Assembly (NCBI RefSeq): GCF_002310835.1
Contig: NZ_CP011041.1
Location: 2,760,001-2,792,000, forward strand
Source of the DNA: Pseudoalteromonas tetraodonis
GTDB taxonomy: Bacteria > Pseudomonadota > Gammaproteobacteria > Enterobacterales > Alteromonadaceae
Direction of reading: 5' to 3'
DNA length: 32,000 nucleotides
Shown here: positions 1 to 8,308 of the stretch, piece after piece
How the letters are laid out: each line of letters opens with the position of its first letter
Numbering within the stretch: position 1 is the stretch's first letter
Made by a program: the position numbers and the translations under genes
The notes under the pieces: model-generated
What the model saw: only the letters and a program-made list of their open reading frames with translations
What the model was told of the DNA's origin: nothing
Databases searched by the model: none

Positions 1-124
1 TGCCTAAATATTCAGGGCCAGAAAACTTCATTAAAATGACTGAAGGGATGATGATATTAAAGACTATTTCGATAAGCGGATTATTTTTTTTACGCTTATT
101 TGTAGCTTGATTATTACTGGTCAT
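1..124 (-). CDS. Partial CDS (first 41 codons, continues past the window start); probable inner-membrane protein
   Basis: ATG at 124-122 on the minus strand reads MTSNNQATNKRKKNNPLIEIVFNIIIPSVILMKFSGPEYLG and stays open to the window edge. A basic N-terminus is followed by a hydrophobic helix. It is absent from the ORF track because it is truncated. Confidence 0.35.
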   Translation of the reverse strand, partial: MTSNNQATNKRKKNNPLIEIVFNIIIPSVILMKFSGPEYLG

Positions 125-379
125 TTTTAGTTCCAAAAAATATTACTGCTGCCATTAATTTCCCCTAATGTGGAATAAATAATGCTAAATATTGCTTCTT
201 TGCATAATACCCGCAATAAGCCCGCTATTCTAGCATGGCACTTAGTCATATTATTTTATTATATAGCGCTTACTCTGCAGTAATATAGGTATAAATTGAG
301 GCGTTAATTAAATCACCAGTCGTATTTTCAGCCCTCAAAGACTATATTAAAGCTACAAAAAATAAATTAGTTTAAAGTC

Positions 380-1156
380 ATGCTCAGTAGTAAGTATTTA
401 TCTACATCGTACTTTTGGTTATTTTTATTGATGGTTTGTGTGCATCAAAAGGCCGCTGCCAAACAAATTATTGCTGTTGCCGAATTAAGTGGACTGTTTC
501 AACACGCTGCTAATAATCAACACCAAGGGGTTTATCATGCGTTATTAACCAAAGCACTCGCAGATACAAAACTGAGTGATCAATACATAATTGAAGTCAT
601 GCCAATGAAACGCGCTAAGCTTGAGTTTTTAAAACAAACTGTTGCTTGCTATGCACCAGGTGAGGACACCTTTGATGGCTCAGAAGGGATTACATTACCT
701 AAAAACATTTTACACAGCACACCTTTTAACAAAGCACTGATCAAAGTGGTTTCTAATAACCCAAAGCGAGTTATTTCAAACGTAGGCCAAATTAATAACA
801 GCGATATTATTAGCATTGTTCGAGGGGTGCCCAGTAGTCGTGAGCTAGATAGAATAAAAGAAAAAGCCAAAATAGTAATTGAAGTAAATAGCGAAATGGA
901 AAGCTTACAACTTTTATTACTCGGGCGAGTAGACTTAATATTAGCTTTTTATCCCGATATTACGTTTGCCTATAAAGCGTTAAATATACACCCCCATCTA
1001 CCCTATAGTAATAACTACTCACCGGTGAGCATTAACGATAATATTATTTGCCACCCAAGCTATAAAAAAGACTTTGAAAAAATAAACAAAAAAATTACCG
1101 AATATCTGCAAAACGGTGAAATGAAAATATTATTAAATGATTATTTTATTCATTAA
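380..1156 (+). CDS. Secreted periplasmic protein, resembling orphan family-3 solute-binding-like proteins
   Basis: 258-aa ORF with an N-terminal hydrophobic signal-like segment (YFWLFLLMVCVHQKAAA). Its size and alternating pattern resemble the orphan substrate-binding-domain proteins of marine gammaproteobacteria. No diagnostic motif was recognised. Confidence 0.4.
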   Translation: MLSSKYLSTSYFWLFLLMVCVHQKAAAKQIIAVAELSGLFQHAANNQHQGVYHALLTKALADTKLSDQYIIEVMPMKRAKLEFLKQTVACYAPGEDTFDGSEGITLPKNILHSTPFNKALIKVVSNNPKRVISNVGQINNSDIISIVRGVPSSRELDRIKEKAKIVIEVNSEMESLQLLLLGRVDLILAFYPDITFAYKALNIHPHLPYSNNYSPVSINDNIICHPSYKKDFEKINKKITEYLQNGEMKILLNDYFIH

Positions 1157-1269
1157 CCTCTATTTAAAGCCTGCATAGGGTTGCGCCATATAAAACTCCC
1201 TTTTACAGCTTGGAAAACCTTCTCGCTTGCTCTAGTATCTAGTTGTCTTAGCTCATAATTTGCATTTTA

Positions 1270-2604
1270 ATGAAATCATTTCCGTCACTGTACTTTGCCA
1301 ATTTATTTTTAATTATTGGTACCGGTTTACTTACTACCTATTTAGCGCTTTATTTAGGTAAACAAGGCACGTCTACGTTTTGGATAGGCTTAATGACCTC
1401 GTGTTATTACCTTGGCTTATTACTGGGTTCAAAACTTGGCTATCATCTTATTAAATCGGTAGGTCACATCAGAACCTTTGCCGCCAGTACTGCTGCAGTG
1501 ACAGCCTGTGTGGCTGCTCATGGCGTGAGTGATAATCTTTATATATGGTTAGGCCTTAGGCTTTTTGTTGGCTTAGGTATGATGTGTAATTACATGGTGC
1601 TAGAAAGCTGGCTGAATGAACAGTCAGCCCCCGAATCACGCGGCCGCGTATTCTCGTTTTATATGATCACTTCATACTTGGGGATGATTTTAGGGCAATT
1701 AGCGCTCGCACAATTTCCTGAGCTAGGTTATGCGCCGCTATTTTTAGTCTGCATGGCGTTAGCAATCGGTATTATTCCTATTTCTATCACTCGTAGAATC
1801 CACCCAAAACCCTTAAAACCGATAAAAATGAGCCTATTTGATTACGCTAAAAAAGTGCCACAATCGCTTACTGCGGTGCACTTTGCAGGCATTATTAATG
1901 GTAGCTTTTATGGTCTAGCACCTATTTTTGCCAAGTTATCAGGCTTTAACGCCGCTGAAATTGCTATTTTTATGTCGCTAACTATTTTAGCCGGCCTGCT
2001 AGCACAGTGGCCAATGGGCATGCTTTCTGACCGTATTCGCCGTAGTTTATTAATTCGTACTAATGCCATAGCCATAGGCATTGTGAGTTTGGCATTGTTT
2101 TTATTACCAAGCTCACAGTTAATTGCTTACATACTCACCTTTATATTTGGTTTGTTTGCCTTTACTTTATATCCGCTTTGTTCGGCACTGGCCAATTCGC
2201 GAGTTGAAGACGAAGAACGCGTAGGCGTGTCATCAGCGTTATTGGTTGCTTTTGGCGCTGGGGCAGCAATAGGCTCAACAGTTAACGCACAGATCATGAG
2301 CTACTTTGGTCACCAAGCATTGTATGCGTCTATTTCGCTATTAACCGTAACCATGTATTTATTACTCACGTTTATTAATTCTAAACAAAAAGTAGAGCAG
2401 CCTGAACCCAGTGATTATGTGGTGGGTACATCCGATGTTACAAACTCGCCACTGGCAGCGACTATGGATCCGCGTATTGAAGAAACCACCGCGCAAGATC
2501 AAATGTTGGTTGTAGATGACGAAGAAATAGACGATGAGTTTTTTGAACATCCCCAAGGGGAGCTGTTTAAAGATCTAGAAAACGAGCAAAATATGAAAAG
2601 TTAA
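1270..2604 (+). CDS. MFS transporter, YcaD/YfkF-like, with an acidic ~70-aa C-terminal tail
   Basis: 444 aa with about 12 hydrophobic segments. The MFS loop signature WLNEQSAPESRGRVFSFY and the DRIRR loop are arranged as in E. coli YcaD. The C-terminus is rich in D/E (VVDDEEIDDEFFEH). Confidence 0.8.
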   Translation: MKSFPSLYFANLFLIIGTGLLTTYLALYLGKQGTSTFWIGLMTSCYYLGLLLGSKLGYHLIKSVGHIRTFAASTAAVTACVAAHGVSDNLYIWLGLRLFVGLGMMCNYMVLESWLNEQSAPESRGRVFSFYMITSYLGMILGQLALAQFPELGYAPLFLVCMALAIGIIPISITRRIHPKPLKPIKMSLFDYAKKVPQSLTAVHFAGIINGSFYGLAPIFAKLSGFNAAEIAIFMSLTILAGLLAQWPMGMLSDRIRRSLLIRTNAIAIGIVSLALFLLPSSQLIAYILTFIFGLFAFTLYPLCSALANSRVEDEERVGVSSALLVAFGAGAAIGSTVNAQIMSYFGHQALYASISLLTVTMYLLLTFINSKQKVEQPEPSDYVVGTSDVTNSPLAATMDPRIEETTAQDQMLVVDDEEIDDEFFEHPQGELFKDLENEQNMKS

Positions 2605-2634
2605 ACTTCCATTCGAAGCATTGATAAGAATCAT

Positions 2635-2660
2635 AAAAAAGGGGGACTCCCCCTTCTTTG
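2635..2660. terminator. Bidirectional rho-independent terminator between convergent genes
   Basis: aaaaaa-GGGGG-act-CCCCC-ttctttg. A 5-bp GC stem is flanked by an A-run and a T-rich run. It sits between the MFS stop (2604) and the lipoprotein stop (2682). Confidence 0.6.
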
Positions 2661-2681
2661 TTGATTTAATACTTAAAAACT

Positions 2682-3539
2682 TTATTGGCTTATCTGTGGC
2701 TTAATATCGCTTAAATCTAAATGGATAGTCATTTCAAAATTCTCAGGCTGTACAGCAACATCACTTAAACCCGTTCTCGCAAAATAATCTTCAAAGTCTT
2801 GCTGATATTTAGCCGAGAACTGCGTATACGCGGTAATAAACAAACTTAGCTTTTTAGCTATTATTGGATAGGTAGCGGCAAGTTCCCGCAATTTTTCAGG
2901 TTCAGCAAAGGCAAATTCAGCATAAATATTAAAGTCGTTCTCAATATTAGTTTTACCATATCTAGATAAAAACCCATTTTCATAATCAGGTCCTACATTT
3001 CTATCTTGCGTTAAAGCCTCATAGTTCGAGGATGCAGGCTTCCACTCTTTTGGCAGCAAAGCTTGCCATGCAAATATAACGAAAGGTGAACGTATATAAA
3101 TTAATGAACTTAATTCATGGTGAACCCCTTTCAATGAGTTTTCGAAGTTAAAGTTCGTGCCATTTTGATCTGAAATATTTACTAATATTATGGAGTTGCT
3201 TGAGTATGTCCCACCCGCTTCAGCTCCTTCCATAAGCATAGGACCAGAGAGGTAAATAGCGTCAATTACTTCAGTAACAAACCCTTGAGGATAGGTCGTT
3301 AATGCGGCCTCAATACCATCAAGTGAGTCAGAAGCATCTGCAAGCGTAGTCATTTCCATTTCAAGAATTGGAGGCTCTCCATCACTAACTGCAAATTGTT
3401 CAGGAAAAAATAAACGAGGTTCACCAGCTTGAATGTCTACTTGGTATGTTTTGGATAAACGATTAGCTTGCTCTGTTTCACTTTCTAAATATGAACAAGC
3501 ACTAACTAATAATAAAAAAACAAATATTGCTTTTTTCAT
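2682..3539 (-). CDS. Hypothetical lipoprotein
   Basis: 285 aa. The N-terminus MKKAIFVFLLLVSAC has a lipobox-like LVSAC. No catalytic motif was recognised with certainty; HHELS is not a true HExxH. Confidence 0.55.
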   Translation of the reverse strand: MKKAIFVFLLLVSACSYLESETEQANRLSKTYQVDIQAGEPRLFFPEQFAVSDGEPPILEMEMTTLADASDSLDGIEAALTTYPQGFVTEVIDAIYLSGPMLMEGAEAGGTYSSNSIILVNISDQNGTNFNFENSLKGVHHELSSLIYIRSPFVIFAWQALLPKEWKPASSNYEALTQDRNVGPDYENGFLSRYGKTNIENDFNIYAEFAFAEPEKLRELAATYPIIAKKLSLFITAYTQFSAKYQQDFEDYFARTGLSDVAVQPENFEMTIHLDLSDIKPQISQ

Positions 3540-3851
3540 TTATAAATCCTTTTTAATGAGCATGCCTGAATAATGCCGCCATTATTGAGAACGAAAGTTT
3601 AACAACAGCAGGTAAGCAACTTAAAGCTCTCATTTCATCTACCTAGAGCAAACAAAATAGAAAATAACAGGCAAACCTTAAAATAACTACATTCTTTTAG
3701 CCAACCCAAAATAAAAAAATCAAGAGACCTTTTACATAGGTTAAATACTACCCCTGTATTTTTAATTAAATTTTAAAACTATTTAACCCCTTTTCTATTT
3801 GCCAGCCGTTATAGCTCTGAAACAACATAATAAGTTAATTTGGAGCGGCTT

Positions 3852-4484
3852 ATGCACACACTTGAATTCCCTAAAAACCACATGTTCAAAACATCAACAG
3901 CTGTTATTGGCGGTGCTGCGATGACCTTTATCGCATTTGCCTTTATGCAATACTTAATTAGTGGCGAGCAAAGAGCGCCTATCAAATTGGGTGATGATAT
4001 TACTGTTGAGATTTTTCAAGCACCTGAAGATAAACAAACCACGCATATTAAAAGAATACCACCACCACCCACACCTAAAATACCGCCTAAAGCACCACCA
4101 CGTGTCACACCTAGTAATGAGCCAATAACAGCAATAAGCACAGCACCACCCATAGTAATTGACAGGTTTGGTGACGATATGAAGCAAACACTTGCCCGCC
4201 CTACGGGAGATGCTTCACCCATTGTGCGCATAAATCCTAAATACCCAACTAGCGCAGCACGTGATGGTATAGAAGGCTGGGTGCAACTTAGCTTTAATAT
4301 TTCACCCACAGGTGAAGTAATTGATGCCACAGTAGTAAATGCCGAACCAAAACGCATATTTGATCGCGAAGCACTTCGCGCTATTAAACGCTGGAAATAT
4401 CGTCCAAAAATAATTGAAGGTGTGGCACAATTACAAACAGGTCAAACCGTACAGCTTGATTTTAAATTAGACAGTTCGCAGTAA
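3852..4484 (+). CDS. tonB: TonB family energy-transducer protein
   Basis: It has an N-terminal TM helix, a Pro-rich spacer (IPPPPTPKIPPKAPPRVTP) and a C-terminal TonB domain (YPTSAARDGIEGWVQLSFNISPTGEV...ALRAIKRWKYRP). I prefer the ATG at 3852, which has GGAG 7 nt upstream, over the TTG at 3840 used by the ORF track. Confidence 0.85.
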   Translation: MHTLEFPKNHMFKTSTAVIGGAAMTFIAFAFMQYLISGEQRAPIKLGDDITVEIFQAPEDKQTTHIKRIPPPPTPKIPPKAPPRVTPSNEPITAISTAPPIVIDRFGDDMKQTLARPTGDASPIVRINPKYPTSAARDGIEGWVQLSFNISPTGEVIDATVVNAEPKRIFDREALRAIKRWKYRPKIIEGVAQLQTGQTVQLDFKLDSSQ

Positions 4485-4498
4485 AGGAATAAGCGCCT

Positions 4499-5089
4499 AT
4501 GCTATTGAGTATTAAGTCATGGTTATTTGAAGCGCCAAGCAAAGACTGCATGGCGCGGTATGCAAAAAGTGGCGACAACCGCCACTTAGAGCAGCTTATT
4601 ATCTTATACAGTAACGATTTATATCACTACCTAGTTACCCAATCTAATACACATTTAGCATACGACGTAAGCCAACAAACATGGCTAAAGGTTATTGAAA
4701 AGCGCCACCTTTACCAAGCACAAACCACGCCTAAAGCCTGGTTATTTCGACTTGCACGTAACATTCTGATAGACGAATACCGCAAACAGCAACACTTTGT
4801 CGAGCTTGACGAAAACAGCCAACGGCTTGCACAAAATAACAATCAAAGTGAATTAACAAGTAGTGATTCGCATATAGGCGACACACACATAAGTTATGAA
4901 GCATTTAGCACTGCGCTCAAGCAACTTAGCTTTGTGCAGCGCGAAGCCATCACCTTACAACAAGAAGGTTTTAGCCTTGCCGACATAGAGCTTATAACGC
5001 AAAGCAACGCCCAAACCATAAAAACAAGGCTACGCTACGCCAAACAAAACCTAAAACAATTATTAGGAGATTATAATGAACAAGCCTGA
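4499..5089 (+). CDS. ECF-type RNA polymerase sigma-70 family factor
   Basis: 196 aa. A sigma region-2-like segment (DLYHYL...AYDVSQQTWLKVIEK...AWLFRLARNILIDEYRK) and a region-4 HTH (QREAITLQQEGFSLADIELITQSNAQTIKTRLRYAKQNLKQLL) are present. Confidence 0.85.
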   Translation: MLLSIKSWLFEAPSKDCMARYAKSGDNRHLEQLIILYSNDLYHYLVTQSNTHLAYDVSQQTWLKVIEKRHLYQAQTTPKAWLFRLARNILIDEYRKQQHFVELDENSQRLAQNNNQSELTSSDSHIGDTHISYEAFSTALKQLSFVQREAITLQQEGFSLADIELITQSNAQTIKTRLRYAKQNLKQLLGDYNEQA

Positions 5090-5687
5090 TGAGCAGTTTG
5101 ATGAAAAGCTGTCAAACCACTTTAAAGCGCGTAAAGCACGTACCACTCTTTCGCATGCTCAACAACAGGCGTTAAAACACAGCGTAGCTCAAAAAAAACC
5201 TAAAAAGTTAGGCTTTGCCCTGCAACTCACAAGCCTTACCTGCGCATTAGGCTTACTGGCTTTTATAGTGCTCGACAGTAACAACGTGATAAATACTGCC
5301 CCTAAAACCGTATTAAACACCATAGACATACACGACTACTCGTTTATAACAACGCATGAAATAGATCAAACAGGTAACTACGCAAGCACTATAACGCAAC
5401 AAAAACGAGCGCTCGACACCCAACTAGCAAACGACTTACGCCGCCATCAACAACACCATATAGAATACGGCACGCTCGTAAAGGTCGACAACGACTGGTA
5501 CATAGCCAGCTGCAATGACGAGGTACTGGTACACATTAAACAATCACTGCTCAGTGATTTAAAAGGAAAGCATGCAGTTGAAAGTAATATCAATACCGGC
5601 GACATGCTCGCTATGGCACATAACGGCAAAGGGCAGATTGTAGGGCTTAAACATGCGGGGGTTGGGGTTAGGCAGTGTGGGGCATAA
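5076..5687 (+). CDS. Putative single-pass anti-sigma factor
   Basis: Its start overlaps the sigma gene stop by 14 nt. It has a short cytoplasmic N-terminus, one TM helix (LGFALQLTSLTCALGLLAFIVL) and a periplasmic C-domain. No HxxxCxxC zinc motif is present. The call rests on position and topology only. Confidence 0.5.
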   Translation: MNKPDEQFDEKLSNHFKARKARTTLSHAQQQALKHSVAQKKPKKLGFALQLTSLTCALGLLAFIVLDSNNVINTAPKTVLNTIDIHDYSFITTHEIDQTGNYASTITQQKRALDTQLANDLRRHQQHHIEYGTLVKVDNDWYIASCNDEVLVHIKQSLLSDLKGKHAVESNINTGDMLAMAHNGKGQIVGLKHAGVGVRQCGA

Positions 5688-5844
5688 AAGTAGTAGTAAC
5701 ATCTACGCTTAAAACTAAGTTTTTAATTTAAAAAGCTATGTAATTAAACTTACAAATTATAATTAAAAACTACAATTATCACTCGCAAACCAGCGAGTAA
5801 AACACTTAATATAAAGTATCATATTCAAATAAAATGAATTTAAT

Positions 5845-6642
5845 ATGAAAGAGATTTTACTAGATCATAACCAAAAAAATTATTGTATTTATCCTCGTTT
5901 AGAGATTGGTAAAAATACATCAGAGTGTAGGTTTTGCAAGTCAAGATCTGCAACGTACAATAACCTATCTCACTCTCTGCCTGAGCTTTTAGGAAATAAA
6001 AGTATCTTCACAATAAATGAGTGTGATAAATGTAACTCTATTTTCTCTGACTTTGAAAATCATTTAAGCCGCTTTATCCCTCCTTCTTTCATAACACAGA
6101 TCAAAGGTAAAAAGGGCTACAGTAATTCTTATGTTAAGGGTGGCGGAAAAATATTTGCTACAAGTAATTTCATAGAGGTAAAAGATGAGCCAGACATATT
6201 TTCAAAAGAAGTAATTATATCAAATCAAAAATTCTCAAATGTTAAAGTCTACAAAGCACTCCTTAAGTGCTTAATATCTTTATTACCAGATCAAGACGTA
6301 GCAATATTTGATGACGTAATTAAATGGCTTATATCTAATAAAGGATTTAGAGATTTTGATTATACTGCTGTGGCGAATATAGGGTACCGTTTACCGAGTT
6401 GTGACAATAAGGAGCTGTTGAGCGTGACGTTATTTAAAGAGAGCTCTAAAGATAAGTTGAGGTACATGTTAAGCGGTAAATTTAATAACTTATTTATTTT
6501 ACTCCCTTTTTCATTTGTTACTACAGAAAAAGCTAAATTCAAAACTATTCCTGCAAGATCTGAAAGTGAAAAATTTTATTTTCATGAAGTTGATTTTAAA
6601 GACTACTCAACACAACATAAATTTAGGCTCAACTTTAAGTAA
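5845..6642 (+). CDS. Orphan protein with an HNH-like (beta-beta-alpha-metal) 4-Cys N-terminal domain and an uncharacterised C-terminal domain
   Basis: 265 aa. The N-terminus reads C-RF-C ... LSHSLPELLGNK ... EC-DK-CNSIFSDFENHL. This pattern (CxxC...H..P..LG...CxxCN...H) matches standalone HNH_5-type nucleases. The gene is very AT-rich and is flanked by AT-rich noncoding DNA. Confidence 0.45.
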   Translation: MKEILLDHNQKNYCIYPRLEIGKNTSECRFCKSRSATYNNLSHSLPELLGNKSIFTINECDKCNSIFSDFENHLSRFIPPSFITQIKGKKGYSNSYVKGGGKIFATSNFIEVKDEPDIFSKEVIISNQKFSNVKVYKALLKCLISLLPDQDVAIFDDVIKWLISNKGFRDFDYTAVANIGYRLPSCDNKELLSVTLFKESSKDKLRYMLSGKFNNLFILLPFSFVTTEKAKFKTIPARSESEKFYFHEVDFKDYSTQHKFRLNFK

Positions 6643-6789
6643 TTATATATTGAATTTATTTCGGGCTAACGCCCGACGCGCTAGCAAGCTAAGCGCCTAC
6701 AAAAATAATGCATATATTTAACGTTAAAGCTGCAAAGTGGATTGGCGATCCGTTAGGTTTAATGTCACTCAACCCAACCTACGTGTAAA

Positions 6790-6818
6790 CAAAAAAGCCT
6801 GCGAATAAGCAGGCTTTT
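6790..6818. terminator. Bidirectional rho-independent terminator
   Basis: aaaaaa-AGCCTGC-gaataa-GCAGGCT-tttt lies between the HNH-like gene (+) and the convergent nhaC-family gene stop at 6852 (-). Confidence 0.65.
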
Positions 6819-6851
6819 GAGTGTTTGGGGCTGTCTTGCTCTGAAATGTAT

Positions 6852-8234
6852 TTACAACACAATTAAGCTCGTTACTAAGTAAGCTACAAACGTTAGGCCA
6901 CCGCCTACTAATGCATAGGGTAATTGAGTTTTAACGTGGGTGAGTAAATCACAGCCTGAGGCGATGGCTGATACTGCGCTGGTGTCGGATATAGGGGAAC
7001 AATGATCGCCAAATATCCCGCCACCTAAAATAGCGCCTACCACCAGCGATGGCGGTAAACCAAGCGCTTGAATAAGCGGTACGCCAATGGGGATAAGTAT
7101 GGCAAACGTGCCCCACGAGGTGCCTGTAGTAAACGACATAACCGCGCCAGTTAAAAATAGTACTGGCACTATTAAATATATTGGTAAGTAATCGCCAACC
7201 AAAGATGCCACGAACACGCCTGTACCTAGCTCTTTTAAGCTTGCACCCAAGGTCAGCGAGAGCAATACAATACTTACCAGTGGGAGTAATTCGCCCATGC
7301 CTTTAAAGCCGGTATCAACAAGTTGGTGGTGGGTAAATTGACGCGAACTAATCATTAAGCAATAGGCCACAACAATAGCCAGTACCGTGGCGTACAATAC
7401 TGATTTTGAACCGCTACCCTCGGCAAGTACCCCGTTACCGGTGTAAAACATAAAGCCAACCATGCTAACAATTAGCGTTAACAGTGGCACTAGCATAAAA
7501 CGTGCTTTAGAGCCTTTTACTTCTTCTTTTAGTTCGGTTGTTTGTAGCTCTAGTTTTTGTTCAGCCACTTTCATTGGGCCATGTACTTTATCGAACGCAA
7601 TGGTATAAAAAACAATAACCAAGGTGATTATGGCGTAAAAGTTATAGCCTACACTGCCCCACAGCACCGATACCGCCGACTCGCCTAATTCGTAATTACC
7701 TAGCAAGCCCAGTACGAATGCACCCCAGCCGTTTAGTAATATTAAAATACACACAGGGGCGCTGGTGCTATCGATTATGTAGGCTAAACGCGCGCGGCTC
7801 ATTTTAAATTTGTCGAACAGACCGCGAGATAAAATACCCGAGGTAAGCACACTTAAGTTTGACTCTATAAATACCGCTACGCCGGTAAACATAGTTAAAA
7901 AGCCTACTTGGCGCTTACTTTTAGCAACGCCTTTGTTCATCAGCAAATTAACGGTAGCAGCAACACCGCCAGACTCGCGAATATAGGCCAGTAATGCGCC
8001 TATTAAAATACTAAATATGAGTATACGGGTATTACCGGGGGAACTTGCTACCGAAATAATGCGCTCTATGGTATTTAAAAATGTATTAAATACGCTATTT
8101 CCTTCGCCCTGAATGGCCAGTAAAAACTCTGATGAAGCCACTGCCACCAAAAGAGCCATAATCACTTCTTTACGCCAAAACACGATAGCAATGGCAATCA
8201 GTGGCGGTAAAATAGAATACCAATGCATAAACAA
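6852..8234 (-). CDS. NhaC-family Na+/H+ antiporter-type secondary transporter
   Basis: 460 aa and polytopic (about 11-12 TM). The C-terminal signature GGIFGDHCSPISDTS is typical of the NhaC / Na_H_antiporter family. It is the last gene of the namZ operon. Confidence 0.8.
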   Translation of the reverse strand: MFMHWYSILPPLIAIAIVFWRKEVIMALLVAVASSEFLLAIQGEGNSVFNTFLNTIERIISVASSPGNTRILIFSILIGALLAYIRESGGVAATVNLLMNKGVAKSKRQVGFLTMFTGVAVFIESNLSVLTSGILSRGLFDKFKMSRARLAYIIDSTSAPVCILILLNGWGAFVLGLLGNYELGESAVSVLWGSVGYNFYAIITLVIVFYTIAFDKVHGPMKVAEQKLELQTTELKEEVKGSKARFMLVPLLTLIVSMVGFMFYTGNGVLAEGSGSKSVLYATVLAIVVAYCLMISSRQFTHHQLVDTGFKGMGELLPLVSIVLLSLTLGASLKELGTGVFVASLVGDYLPIYLIVPVLFLTGAVMSFTTGTSWGTFAILIPIGVPLIQALGLPPSLVVGAILGGGIFGDHCSPISDTSAVSAIASGCDLLTHVKTQLPYALVGGGLTFVAYLVTSLIVL

Positions 8235-8308
8235 ACCTTATTTATTTTTATAATGACGACGCTTTACTTAACTTAATAGATATAAGCACTTAAGTCACTT
8301 ACTAACAC

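Noticed and set aside
2682-3539. Lipoprotein as a zinc metallopeptidase, on the basis of HHELS
   Set aside because: The motif is HExxS rather than HExxH, and no downstream third ligand motif was recognised. The call is left as a hypothetical lipoprotein.
3954-4357. Antisense ORFs (77 and 113 aa) across the tonB proline-rich region
   Set aside because: They are artefacts of the CCN/CCA-rich Pro spacer read on the opposite strand (Gly/Trp-rich). The TonB frame is well supported.
6515-6721. 68-aa + strand ORF overlapping the 3' end of the HNH-like gene
   Set aside because: It is an out-of-frame overlap in extremely AT-rich DNA, with no SD and low-complexity sequence. It is likely spurious.
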